From assembly GCF_006345805.1 (NCBI RefSeq), contig NC_043015.1:15748001-15812000 (forward strand): a DNA stretch of 64,000 nucleotides, read 5' to 3'. The notes under the pieces are model-generated. The model was given only the letters and a program-made list of their open reading frames with translations, was not told the DNA's origin and searched no databases. Below are positions 51,540 through 62,839 of this stretch, one piece after another; position 1 is the first letter of the stretch; each line of letters begins with the position of its first letter. The DNA is from Octopus sinensis. Its lineage: Eukaryota. The position numbers were made by a program, and so were the translations under genes.

Positions 51540-52837
51540 AAAACAGTGCTATTATAACTCAAGCTTTAAGCAGCACCTGGCATAAGCGATGTTAGAAATT
51601 CGAGTTTAATAGAGCGAAAAACGGGCTTTAAAATGATATTTTAAAGCCCGTTTTTCGCTCTGTCTAATCGTATTACTCTTTTTCTTTTTGACTAATTAGG
51701 CCATTTTTTCCGGAACGTTCAATACAACATGGACAAAAAGCAAATTCGCGCAATTTTTTAATTCCAGTTCAAGCTGGGTCGAAAAGCTACTGAAATAGCT
51801 CGCGATATCAACGATGCGTTTGGCCCAGGAACCACTAATGAACGTACAGCACAATGGTGCTTCAAGAAATTTCGAAGCGGTGACGAGAGTTATGAAGATG
51901 ATAAACGTAGTGGTCGGCCATCGGATGTTTACAACTATCAACTAAGAGCCTTAGTGGAAGCCAATCCACGCACAACTGTTTGAGAGCTTGCTTCTGAATT
52001 AGACGTAACGTATACCACAATTTCCAACCACTTGAAAGAGATTGGAAAAACAAAAATACTTAAGAAATGGGTGCAGCACGAATTGAACGACAACCAAAAA
52101 AAGAAAAAAACACCACTTTGAAGTGTCGTCTTCCCTTCGTTTACGCAGCAAGAACGACCCGTTTCTCGATCGGATTGTGACTTGCGATGAAAAGTGGATT
52201 CTTTACGACAACCGGCAACGCGCAGCTCAGTGGTTGGACGCCGACGAAGCTCCATGGCACATACCGAAGCCAAAGTTGCACCAAAAGAAGGACATGGTGA
52301 CTGTTTGGTGGTCTCCAGTCGGTCTCATCCATCACATTTTTGGATCCAGGCGGAACCATTACGGCGGAGAAGTACTGTCAGCAAATGGATGAAATGCATA
52401 AGGAACTCCGACAACAACAGCCAGCATTGGTCAATAGAAAAAGAACCAATTCTTCTCCACGACAACGCTCGACTGCACGTCGCATAACTGACTCTGCAGA
52501 AGTTGAACGAATTGGGCTACGAAACTCTGCCTCATCCACCATACTCACCAGACCTCTTGCCTAACGACTTACCACTTTTTCAAGCGTCTTGACAACTTCC
52601 TGCGTGGGAAATGCTTCAAAAGCCAAGACGATGCCAAACAGGCCTTCAATGACTTCTTCGCTATCAGAACGCAGGAGTTTTACGCTACTGACATAAATAA
52701 ATTTGTTTCGCGTTGGCAAAAGTGTGTTGATTCTGATGGCGTTTATTTCGATTAAAAAAGTTTTGTTTGAGCCGAGATATATGCATCTGAATTTAAAGGT
52801 TAAAAACCGCAAGAACTTTCTTGATAACTTCATAATA
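51540..52837 (+). mobile_element. Mariner (D,D34D; Hsmar1/cecropia-like) transposon; near full-length transposase 51729-52755 with a few stops and frameshifts
   Basis: MDKKQIRAIF.FQFKLGRKATE.ARDINDAFGPGTTNERTAQW.FKKFRSGDES, WVQHEL, DRIVTCDEKW, LLHDNARLHV, HPPYSPDL and G.YFD*. 3' TIR AAAAACCGCAAGAACTTTCTTGATAACTTCATAATA at 52802-52837. Confidence 0.93.
51611..51661. repeat. Perfect 51-bp hairpin (24-bp arms, 3-nt loop) in the mariner 5' region
   Basis: AGAGCGAAAAACGGGCTTTAAAAT-GAT-ATTTTAAAGCCCGTTTTTCGCTCT. Confidence 0.95.
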
Positions 52838-53119
52838 TATGAAGACACATGTAGGATATTAGAAATGTATATCGTGGCATGTCTGTATGTAAATATGTTG
52901 TTGTGACTTTGTTCATGCCTATAAAAAAATTGCAGCATAATAGTATTAGTTATTTTGTTATAATCCTATAGTTGTCTGAGTCTACTCAATTTACTTATAT
53001 AAGATTTTTGCATGATGTTCTCTAAATGTTATAACAAAAGTGAAATTATTGGTAAATGCTAGATGAACTTGTATGTTTATAAGTTGTGAGAGCAGCTTAC
53101 TGTAGTTATTCAAGGGTGG

Positions 53120-53205
53120 AGGTTAAAGAATACGCACACCACCCGCTTTCGGCGTAACCTTAAACCTAACCGCCGAAAACGGGTTGTGGTGCGTATTCTT
53201 TACCT
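53120..53205. mobile_element. About 85-bp mini inverted-repeat element
   Basis: TAAAGAATACGCACACCACCCGCTTTCGGCG...CGCCGAAAACGGGTTGTGGTGCGTATTCTTTA, with an AACCTTAAACCTAACC spacer. Confidence 0.65.
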
Positions 53206-53290
53206 TCGCCTATTCAAGTACTCTGAGTTTGAATTCTGCTGATATCAGCTTTACCAATCTGATACGAGGTAGAGGCGAGTATTTTTCCCT

Positions 53291-53362
<72 letters not shown>

Positions 53363-53419
53363 CTTTTCTCACAGAATCTGTTGCGTTACATTGTGAGAGT
53401 CATACATTTCCTTCTACAG

Positions 53420-55406
53420 AGATGAAGGATTTTGCTACTGAAACCGTTCAAGGACGGCCCAGTATGCAATTGGTTACGGAACAGAAATTAAGAAAGTACT
53501 TTTATGCTAATTAATATATTTTTGATGAGGTGACTATATGAGATGTTTAAAGATATGATCTTAAATACATTTTATTTCCCTTAATAAGTAGAACATATCA
53601 GTTCCCGGGAAAATTATCAATGAATCCTAACAAAAGAGAATGTAGTACTTTTAAGATAACCAACGAGACATATACATAAAACTTAGAAAAAGGAAAATGT
53701 CTTACATTTATCGGGAATCTTAAGTTCAAATGGCATTAGAATGGATATGTTCGCATTAAGGTCGATCGTTTTTGAGAGAAATATGAGTATAGTACACGTT
53801 TTCATATGATGAAAATTAATAAGTGTAGGTATAGGAAGGTGTAGTGGGGTAGTGTGCTTGAGGTTTGTGTGAGTGTGTAGTTTGCCTGTGTCAGTAATAC
53901 ATTATATATTACTGTAAGTGTAAGGAGGCGAAATCAACCATATAAATGTTCTAAGTCACTTGCTAAGAATATAAGTACTTCAGTTACCAAACTTACATTT
54001 CTACTTATGCACCCACACACAATTTTGTATAGGATGTCAGTCTACCACGTGTAACGTTTTCCCTGTATGATCTGCTATCGATTCTCAATGGCCGTGTGAA
54101 CGATATTCTCTCATACATATAGCAGAAGACCTACCGTTGATTTGAATTCAGAAAACAAACAACCGCTTCCCCTTCCAATTTAGTCTTAGCCCACCTTTCT
54201 TCTTCCTCACATCTCCCTACTCCCAAATAGTTCAGGTGGTAAACACGTAACTAAACACTTTTACCAATTGTTCTATCTCAGAGACGCAACATCCTTCTGA
54301 AACATCCTCACAATGTTTCGATGTTTTACCTATAGAAATTCAAGCTGGACATAAATCACAGCAATCTCTGTGTGACAAATACTTCATGTGTATAGCAAAC
54401 TTTATAAAAGAAATTCAAGCTTTAAATGAAATTAGGGCTGCTATGGCGGCTTCTGCAGTAATTTTCTGAAGTAAAGAGAGAATGAAAAAGCTCTATCACT
54501 GTTTATCACAGTCTATCACTGTTTTATCACCACAAATGAATCATGAAATGGGAAAACCAAACTGACTAAAAGGATTGATGGAAGTCTATTTTCCCATGAA
54601 ATATACCAAGAGTACTAGCCATTTAACTACTAGTTCAGAGTTTGAATCTGGACAGAATTCCTGTTGCATTTGCTTCTCCTTCAGGGAGTTGGCTCAAAGC
54701 AGCGAGCGAAAACAGGATACTAGCTAGTCTCTCTCGAAAACTTGCATCCTAGGCGCAGGCGCAGGCGTAGCTGTGTGGTAAGACGTTTGCTTCCCAACCA
54801 TATGGTTCCGGGTTCAATCCCACTGCGTGGCACCTTGGGCAAGATTCTTCTACTATAGCTTCGGGATGATCAAACCTTGAGTTGATTTGGTGGAGAGAAT
54901 CTAAAGGAAGCCCATCGTGTATGTGTGTGTGTGTGTGTGAGTGTGTGTGTGTATATATGTGTGTGGGTGTGTGTCTTTGTGTGTGTTTGTCCACTACCAC
55001 CACTTGAGAACCGGCGTTGGTGTGTTTACGTCCCCGTAACTTAGTGGTTTGGCAAAAGGGCCGATAGAATAAGTACCAGGCTTTATAAACTAATAAGTAC
55101 TGGGACTGATTCATTTGACTAAAATTCTTCAAGGTGGTTCCCTCGCATGGCCGTAGTCTAATGACTGAAGCAAGCAAAAAATAAAGAAATAAGTATTATA
55201 TGCAATGTGCCTCCTGGTGCACTCGCCAGTCAGACCTGGTGCTTATTGGAGAAGAATACGTTGATGGATGCGAAGCAAAGGTGCTTGGTGATTCTCTTAT
55301 AACATTCTTTTCTAACTCTTTTACAAATCCGGAGTAATATGTTGTTACTTTTCAGATGAACAATCACCCTATTGCAAAATGTCTAAGAATGATTTCGGTT
55401 TCGAAG
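53420..55406 (+). other. Weak candidate small exons of an unidentified plus-strand gene (53420-53497, 54291-54470, 55230-55280, 55356-55406)
   Basis: Each has a pyrimidine-rich AG acceptor and/or GT donor and a short open frame (e.g. ETQHPSETSSQCFDVLPIEIQAG...AVIF*). No recognisable homology. Confidence 0.15.
54751..55185 (+). mobile_element. tRNA-derived SINE, family A, full length
   Basis: GGCGCAGGCGTAGCTGTGTGGTAAGACGTTTGCTTCCCAACCATATGGTTCCGGGTTCAATCCC..., internal (TG)n, tail GACTGAAGCAAGCAAAAAATAAAG. Confidence 0.88.
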
Positions 55407-55917
55407 GTTAATAGGTTTCCTCTCTGATAACCAGTCACGTGTTAGTAATGGTCGTTTTATATATTAATTCACTGAACTATAAATTCGTGCTGGTTAGGTG
55501 CAATTTTTATTGTGCTGATGAAATTGCCAATAGTCATGCAAAGCCACTCTTTGTGGTGTTACTGTATATTAAATCTTTTGCATTCATTGTGCAGAATATT
55601 TTCGTTCCATATTTTCTTTTAATGTTTTCATTTCTGCTGCTGCTGCTGCTGCTGTTGGTGGTGATGGTGGTGGTAAAGATGGAGCTGTTGCTGTATCATC
55701 TGTTGTTAAACATTCTTCTTTGCGTCTATTCAGCATATTTAGGTCACTTCAAATAAGTTATTTCTCATGGAAAAAGCGACATCACTTTACTAGCTGGCAT
55801 GATTTTGCTTAGATTAATTATTTCCTTCAGTTCCAGAACGTTTTCACTTTTATTGATGCTATGTTTTTCTTATCTATTTTGCTTGCATTTTTCTCTTTTG
55901 ATATTAAACCTTTTTCT

Positions 55918-56125
55918 TGAAAGCGGCGAGCTGGCAGAATCGTTAGCACACCGAACCAAATGCATAGCGGCATTTCGTCCGACTTTACGTTCCGATTTCA
56001 AGTCCCACTGAGGTCGACTTTACCTTTTATCCTTTCAGCGTCGATAAAAGAAGTACCATTTGAACACTGAGGTCGGTATAATTGACTTACCCACTAATCC
56101 TAACTTGCTGCCTGGTGCCAAAAAC
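55918..56125 (+). mobile_element. SINE family B copy
   Basis: GAAAGCGGCGAGCTGGCAGAATCGTTAGCAC...GAGGTCGACTTTACCTTTTATCCTTTC. Confidence 0.8.
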
Positions 56126-56459
56126 TGGAAACCGGTATTAATCTGTTCTGTTTCATTAGGAAGGGGTGGTTCTTACCGTTTTAGTTTTATCCAATGTCTT
56201 TCAATTTCATTCTATAATTTTATAAAGTATCTAACATCTCAACTGCTTTCTTTCTTATTCTCCTAGATTTTGATACAGAAAGGAGTTTTACATTGTTAGG
56301 ATGGAACCCTAATTAACTCAATACCACCATGGCTTCAGTTTAGTTTCGGAAGAATTTCCTGGAGTAACAACATTGAAATTAATAGTCGGATCAGTTAATT
56401 TAATATAGCACCTCCTTAAAAATGGGTTATCGCGTACCAAAATAAGACAGTTTATTTTA

Positions 56460-56670
56460 TCTAGCGTGCTGAATCGTTAACGCTTCGGACAAAAATCGGA
56501 GAAATAGCATTTCTTCTGGATCTTTACGTTCTGAGATCAAATTCCACCGAGATCGTTATCTTCCATTCTTTTGGAGTCGATAAAATAAAATACCAGTTAA
56601 GTATTTTAACTGGGGTTCGATATAATCGGCTTTTTAATCCCTTCAAAACTGCTGGTCTTGTACCAAAGTC
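56460..56670 (+). mobile_element. SINE family B copy
   Basis: GAATCGTTAACGCTTCGGACAAAA...CTGAGATCAAATTCCACCGAG...GGAGTCGATAAAATAAAATACCAG. Confidence 0.7.
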
Positions 56671-57594
56671 AGAATTTTTATTTTTCCATCATCAGCGAAG
56701 ACTATGTCTTTGGATTTAATTGAATTATAACAATTGTGAATGTGTTCTAAGCCCCCCCCCCCCGGTTATTGAGGTTAGACCTCCTATGCTAAGACAGTTT
56801 TCTCCCGTGTTGAAATATGAATGTAAAAAGACAGAAAAATCCCCTGTGGATTATATTAAGATATGAAAAAATACATATTAAAATATGTAAAAGCAGAAAA
56901 ATCCCACGTGGATTATATTAAAGACAAATTATTAAGAGACTATTTCAAGTTTTATTTGATTCAACTCACACACTATTCTATATAAAAATCTAGAGCTCAA
57001 ACACAGAACGACTGGTAACCGATATCTTGCATAATTGGTTGACTTCACCATTACAATAACGACCGTAGTTGGTAAAGTATATTGTATGAAATACTAAGGA
57101 ATGAATAAGTGACAGTTACAACAGTCGCCATCATTGAACGTTCACACAACGATGCTATTGTGTTGTGAAAAGTTCTAGAATGTTGTTAAAACATCCACCG
57201 CTTTTCTATCTGTCGTACATCGATATCTGAATTCGAAATTGAGACCTTTCATTTATTTCCCGTCTAAACAGTCACAATAAGATATGTCTCTTGTCTCATG
57301 ATATTTAATATTTCTCGTATTCTAAAACAGAAGCTGACAGGGCGGACATTGAAGCAAAATAACCATATCGCCAGATGAAGTTGATTTCATTACGAGTTTC
57401 AATTTCCTATTGTGAACATTAAATATTTAACTACAATAAACGCGCCCATTTTCGCTCGTTTATTCTGTCACTGGTTTCAGTCACTGGACTGCAGCCATTC
57501 TGAAGTCCCATTCTCTGTCATTTTTAGTTAATCGACCAAATCGTATCAAACGCAGTATTTATTTCAGTTTGGTTTGGAATTATTTTATCAGTCT

Positions 57595-57990
57595 AAAGGC
57601 TGCGAGCTGGCAGAATCGTTAGCACCCTGGACGAAATGCTTAGCAGTATTTCGTCTGCCGTAATGTTCTGAGTTCAAATTCCTCCGAGGTCGACTTTCCT
57701 TTTCAACCTTTCGGGGTCGATAAATTAAGTACCAGTTACGCACTGGGGGCGATGTAATCGACTTAATCCGTTTGTCTGTCCTTATTTGTCCCCTCTGTGT
57801 TTAGCCCCTTGTGGGTAGTAAAGAAATAGGTATTTCGCTCGTGGCTACGTTCTGAGTAAGTCGACATCCGTCGAGGTCGACATCTTTTCACGGTCGATAA
57901 ATTAAGTACCAGTGAAACAATGGGTCGATGTGATCGACTTCCTCCCTCCCCCAAATTTCAGGCCTTGTGCCTGTAGTAGAAAAGATTATT
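57595..57990 (+). mobile_element. Two adjacent SINE family B-related copies
   Basis: GGCTGCGAGCTGGCAGAATCGTTAGCAC... and a second CTACGTTCTGAGT...GGTCGATAAATTAAGTACCAG unit. Confidence 0.75.
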
Positions 57991-58009
57991 TTTATCAGTC
58001 TACATTTGG

Positions 58010-58375
58010 GTGGCTCTATGGTAAGCTTGCTCCCAAACACATGCTTCCGGGTTCAGTTCCAGTGTCTTCCACTATAAATCTGGGCAACCAAGGCCTCGTA
58101 AGTGGATTTGGTAGGTGGAAGCTGAATCCCGTCATGTATTTGTGGGTTTGTGCATGTGTAATTGTATGTATGTTCAGTTGTCTTTGTGTATGTGCGTGTA
58201 TATTTATGTGTGTGTCTTTGTGTTTGTCCCCCATTACTAATTGACAAGCGGTGTTGGTGTGTTTACATCCCTGTAATATTAGCGGTTCGGCACAAGAGAC
58301 CTTTAGAAAAAGACTAAAACTCTTTAAGGCGGTGTCCCAGCATGACTGTAAGCCAATGACTGAGACAAGTAAATG
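58010..58375 (+). mobile_element. SINE family A, diverged
   Basis: GTGGCTCTATGGTAAGCTTGCTCCCAAACACATGCTTCCGGGTTCAGTTCC...GGCGGTGTCCCAGCATG...GACTGAGACAAGTAAA. Confidence 0.75.
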
Positions 58376-58564
58376 ATATCTATTCAAAGATTGTGCTTTT
58401 ACATATTGGAGCACAACTCGGCAGATGTCAACACTCGTAGAAATAAAGACAAATACACGGACAGGGCAAAGATACACAAATTCGCACTTATACGCGAACA
58501 CATTTATTATTAAAAAAAATTAATACGAAATTAAGACAAGGTAGATATGTATCGAACATGTTAC

Positions 58565-58866
58565 AAGAATATCACCGTGATCACCGTGACTGACAAGGCT
58601 ATCAGATGTTGCAACACGTCGCTGGTCACAATGCGCTTCGCATTGTTTTAGCCTTCAAATGACGCCGCCCCGCTGGCTAGGCGAGCAGGCCAACAGAAGA
58701 AAGAGTGAGAGAAATTTGTGGCGAAAGAGTACAACAGGGATCGCCACCACCTCCTGCCGGAGCGTCGTGGAGGTGTTTTCGCTCAATAAACATTCACAAC
58801 GCCCGATCTGGGAATCAAAACCGCGATCCAACGACCGCGAGTCCGCTGCCCTAGCCACTGGGCCAG
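58565..58866 (-). mobile_element. tRNA-derived SINE, family E
   Basis: The reverse complement starts TGGCCCAGTGGCTAGGGCAGCGGACTCGCGGTCGTTGGATCGCGGTTTTGATTCCCAG (box A/B) and continues about 240 bp into a non-tRNA body. Confidence 0.75.
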
Positions 58867-59083
58867 GAATATATCAGTAATTAAAAAGTGGCTATGCTGA
58901 AATCAAGTTGACGACTACCATATGTATACAAGCATTCATGCGCCGAAAGCCAATATGACAGTTACTCTCATGGTAACTACCACAGTATAGTTTGTTCTAA
59001 CAGAACATCTACGTTTGAGTGGGGATAAATATTAGCCCTCGGTATTACTACTACCTCAGTTGCTTTTAACAAACTTAGTGGCA

Positions 59084-59134
<51 letters not shown>

Positions 59135-59569
59135 CATGGACACTCTCGTCGTTAGACGACGTATGAAGGTTCGGTAATTTCTTACCGAACAACCACAGAT
59201 TATTGTTTATATTATCGTGAGCCGAATATCTTTAACCACTAAGCCACGTGACTCCACATACACTCTGTGTGCGAACTCGGTATACACGACTGAAACGGTG
59301 TTAAATTAAAGTTGCCATTTCTAAAGCATTGTAAATGTATAAGGACGGTTAGAAGGAATAATGCTGTGGAATTGTACGAGATAAAATCTTTTTATAGACT
59401 TGTGTTACAAACAGAAATATACAGCGTATCCCAGAATTAAGTATTTCGAAGAAATCGGGAAAATTTTTTTTAAACTGGCGGTATGTTAAGTTCGTTATCT
59501 ATGATACCTAAACAAATAGGTTTATCGATCTTACGTCAAGGCTTTATTGAAAATATCCAATATAAGTGC

Positions 59570-59885
59570 AGGAGATGCTGTGTAGTAAATAGCTTGCTTA
59601 CCAGCCACATTGTTCCGAGTTCAGTCCCACTGCGTGGTACCTTGGGCAAGTGTCTTCTACTAAGCCTTGTGAGTGGATTTGGTAGACGGAAACTGAAAAA
59701 GCCTGTCGTATATATACATATGTGTGTGTGTGTGTGTGTCTGTCTGTCTGTCTGTGTCTGTCTGTCTGTCTGTGTGTCTGTGTGTGCGTGTGTGCGTGCG
59801 TGTAAGTCCTGGGGTCGATTTGCTCGACTAAAGGCGGTGCTCCAGCAAGGCCACAGTCAAATTACTGAAACAAATAAAAGAATAT
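59570..59885 (+). mobile_element. SINE family A (internally deleted)
   Basis: GCTGTGTAGTAAATAGCTTGCTTACCAGCCAC...TAAGTCCTGGGGTCGATTTGCTCGACTAAAGGCGGTGCTCCAGC. Confidence 0.85.
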
Positions 59886-60079
59886 ACTCGTAATTTTCTA
59901 AGATTTTAATTCCTGTGCATAAGGGGCCCACCGAAATTGAAGTATCCCGGAAACTCTCATGGTTTAAATCCTGTCCTACTATTGCTCCATTCTGGGGATG
60001 GAGGAAGAGAAAATGACTGCAGTCAAATTGACAAAAAGGGCTGTCACGGACAGATAAGGGATGGAAATTAAATCATAAA

Positions 60080-60165
60080 ATGAAATTATAAAAATTACAA
60101 AATTATAAAAATTGCAAAATTATAAAAATTGCAAAATTATAAAAATTACAAAATTATAAACAAAA
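60080..60165. repeat. 17-bp minisatellite (AAAATTATAAAAATT[A/G]C) x about 4.5
   Basis: Seen directly. Confidence 0.85.
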
Positions 60166-60446
60166 TTTAAAATTTATACACTTTTAATACATATTAAACA
60201 TGACAAACATAGAGTTTTTTTTTTAAATTGTCCGAATTCAGTGAAAAACCTAATTCCGGGACGCCCTATATATAGGAGTGAATCACGTCTGTCATCCTCA
60301 TCACTGTGCTGCAACAATGCCCGTCTCGCTCCGATATATACAGCGCTTTCAACTCTATTAAAAAATTTTATACTGTACAATTCCACAGCATAATGCTTTC
60401 CAAAAGTGTATATACATTTAGTATGATAAACAAATATCTCTCCCCC

Positions 60447-60478
<32 letters not shown>

Positions 60479-60965
60479 ATATATATAGTAGATACTTATT
60501 TAATTTGTATCATGATAAAAACATGGGAAAGCATTTTATACAAATAAAATTATAAAAGAACACAAATTAACAGAAAAAAGCATAAAATGGCTAGGCTTTC
60601 AAAGGGCGCATTTATTTTTTATATAAGTTACCGATTATCTTATTAATAATGTATGTAATACGTATGTGCGTATGTGTGTGTGTGTGTGTGTATGCATATA
60701 TAAATATGTGTGTGTGTATGCATAGACATATACGTGTGATGTATTATATGTGTGTATATATATGCGTATATATATATATATAAATATATATATATAACAT
60801 AAGGGACATTAGCCATTTGAATGTGGCTAGGGACAGAGCAGGGCGGTGGGGGTGTTACTGATGCATTTAGCCCCAGACGATCATCAACGTCACCAGATAG
60901 GCTGACACCATCACGGTGTCCTCTATCCTGCAAAGGGAGATCATTCCCCGAAGAAGCGGATGCCA

Positions 60966-61010
60966 CATACGGACCCAGGTTTCAAAGTATTTGCCTATCA
61001 TCAACGCATG
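60966..61010 (-). ncRNA. Type-I hammerhead-like motif (C3U), CAAAUA loop II
   Basis: caugcg-UUGAUGA-uagg-CAAAUA-cuuu-GAAAC-cugg-GUC-cguaug; 6-bp stem I. Confidence 0.65.
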
Positions 61011-61203
61011 GCAGGCACCGCTCCTCGACGAACAACTCCCTGTGCAGGATATTTATATATAGATTTTCACGTAAATACATTTACTGATTTCGAAAATCTG
61101 TTCGACAGCAATAATAATTCTCTAAACGAGATATAGACAGTAACTGCTCCATAACATAAGGGACATTAGCCATTTGAATGTGGCTAGGGACAGGGCAGGG
61201 CGG

Positions 61204-61244
61204 TGCGTTGATGATAGGCAAATACCTTGAAACCTGGGTCCGTA
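61204..61244 (+). ncRNA. Type-I hammerhead-like motif (C3U), CAAAUA loop II
   Basis: ugcg-UUGAUGA (61208-14)-uagg-CAAAUA-ccuu-GAAA (61229-32)C-cugg-GUC (61238-40)-cgua. Confidence 0.65.
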
Positions 61245-61706
61245 TGTGGCATCCGCTTCTTCGGGGAATGATCTCCCTTTGCAGGATAGAGGACACCGTG
61301 ATGGTGTCAGCCTATCTGGTGACGTTGATGATCGCCTGGGGCTAAATGCATCAGTAACACCCCCACCGCCCTGCCCTGTCCCTAGCCACATTCAAATGGC
61401 TAATGTCCCTTATGTTATGGAGCAGTTACTGTCTATATCTCGTTTAGAGAATTATTATATATATATATATATATATATACGCATATATATACACACACAT
61501 ATATATACACACATATATATACACACATATAATACATCACACGTATATGTCTATGCATACACACACACATATTTATATATGCATACATACACACACACAC
61601 ATACGCACATACGTATTACATACATTATTAATAAGATAATCGGTAACTTATATAAAAAATAAATGCGCCCTTTGAAAGCCTAGCCATATATATATATACT
61701 AGTATA

Positions 61707-61761
61707 TATATATACTAGCAGAGATATCCGACGTTGCCCGGTTACATTCAATTGAAGAATT

Positions 61762-61803
<42 letters not shown>

Positions 61804-62060
61804 ATATATATATACTAGCAGAGATATCCGACGTTGCCCGGTTACATTCAATTGAAGAATTAGACTTTTCTGTTATATTTTCTGTAATGAACTGGAATGT
61901 CTATGTTTCGAATTTCATCAAAATTGCAGATGAGGGCTATTTCCCTCTTTACACACCCTAAAAAAATTGTAATCGTGCCACATGTATCTCATACTACTGA
62001 TTTTTATGCGCATATTCCAAAATTCCAGTCTTATTGAACCTGTTAAAAAGATTTTGCTCC
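61707..62060 (+). mobile_element. Helitron/HINE-like non-autonomous element with a duplicated 5' end
   Basis: TATACTAGCAGAGATATCCGACGTTGCCCGGTTACATTCAATTGAAGAATTAGACTTT occurs twice (about 61710 and 61811). GAATTTCATCAAAATTGC lies downstream. Confidence 0.45.
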
Positions 62061-62839
62061 TGAAAAAGGAAGGTCATGGAGCTCTAAAATGTGAGAGTTA
62101 AGGCCCCTGTTGGGGGTGGGCATCTTAATGTCAACCAGAGAAGTTGAATTGTTAAGAATATTTTTTAACTTGGGTCTTATATCTATTGTTTGAATTTCTT
62201 TGAAATAGGAAATATATGTTCACTGGGTTTGTAAAAGAGAGCAAAGCTACAAAAAACCAAAAGACGAATGATCACAATAAGCAGTCAGTTACCCTACCCT
62301 AGTCGGTACCACTCCCAATGTAGGATTCCTCACCATCCAGGTGACAGGCACAGCCGTAAGATGTATTACGAATCTATGGCAATTGGAAGGGCTAAGGAGA
62401 AATTAAAGTGTCACATCTGGAGTTTGCAAATGACCACTATAATGATACGTAACTGGACAGAATAAATTTACAATCTATGAATGTCTTTGAATAACCAGTC
62501 ACTCATCTAGGAAGGCCTTGAAATCAATGTTACCATCTGGGGACTATGTGTGACCCAGTGATAATAAAAAGACTGAAAGGAGGTCTGCAATCAAATAACT
62601 TTACTCAACACTTTGCAACTGAATCAGTGGAGGCAAAGATGCCTCTCATTTACTTGACAATTTATGCAGCACATTGCAGAAATCACAATGTAAGTGTATG
62701 TCAAAGCAAACTTTTGACCTAGTTTTGGATCATAAAAGAAATGTCTAAAATTTGGGAGTTAAGGCTCCCATTAGAGTGTTATATATGTTTTACGGTACGT
62801 CGCCAATCTCCACGGTAGCTGGCAACTGCTTCCCAGTTG

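Larger units (their letters stand above)
60588..61686. repeat. 1.1-kb inverted duplication (arms 60588-61008 / 61204-61686) of an HHR-bearing 357-nt monomer, with a third partial copy in the spacer
   Basis: The arms are reverse complements. ATAACATAAGGGACATTAGCCATTTGAATGTGGCTAGGGACAG recurs directly at 60794 and 61151 (357-nt period). Confidence 0.9.
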
